Below the pieces are notes generated by a model. The model was not told the origin of the DNA, made no database searches, and saw only the letters and a program-made list of their open reading frames with translations. Shown here one piece after another: positions 63,976 to 64,000 of a stretch of DNA of 64,000 nucleotides. The translations under genes and the position numbers were made by a program. Every line of letters begins with the position of its first letter. Position 1 is the stretch's first letter. The DNA comes from Lytechinus pictus (taxonomy: Eukaryota). The stretch covers positions 49,972,001 to 50,036,000 of the forward strand of contig NC_087249.1 in the NCBI RefSeq assembly GCF_037042905.1. Direction: 5' to 3'.

Positions 63976-64000
63976 ATAACAAGCATTTACCTCGCTAAAT

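Overview
AT-rich eukaryotic (animal) genomic DNA. The repeat content looks echinoderm/sea-urchin-like; this is an inference. Two convergent spliced genes are present. ZCCHC10 (+) is complete: 3 coding exons, 6531-16651, 140 aa. A TTC6-like TPR gene (-) has 29 coding exons traced by hand with continuous reading phase, 32679-63599, about 1213 aa, and its 5' end lies beyond the window. Introns and the intergenic gap are packed with non-autonomous transposons: TTAA-flanked Kolobok-type, hAT, P-like, Tc1/mariner and Harbinger-like MITEs, a Helentron/Tsp-like repeat, tRNA-SINEs, and L1/Tx1 and L2/CR1 fragments. There is a 309-N assembly gap. Best candidates for novelty: (1) a two-copy SINE-like family whose head matches the 7SL RNA Alu domain, fused to a B-box and a Meta-like core; (2) about 35 TACATGTA 8-mers, several demonstrably +6 insertions at TA in paralogous copies, i.e. 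Tc1/mariner-type excision footprints; (3) a Kolobok deletion derivative retaining the 5' ends of both its THAP transposase and KolX genes, joined at a 2-bp microhomology; (4) arrays of partial exon duplicates around two TTC6 exons; (5) a MITE-derived minisatellite. All coordinates and counts are by eye.
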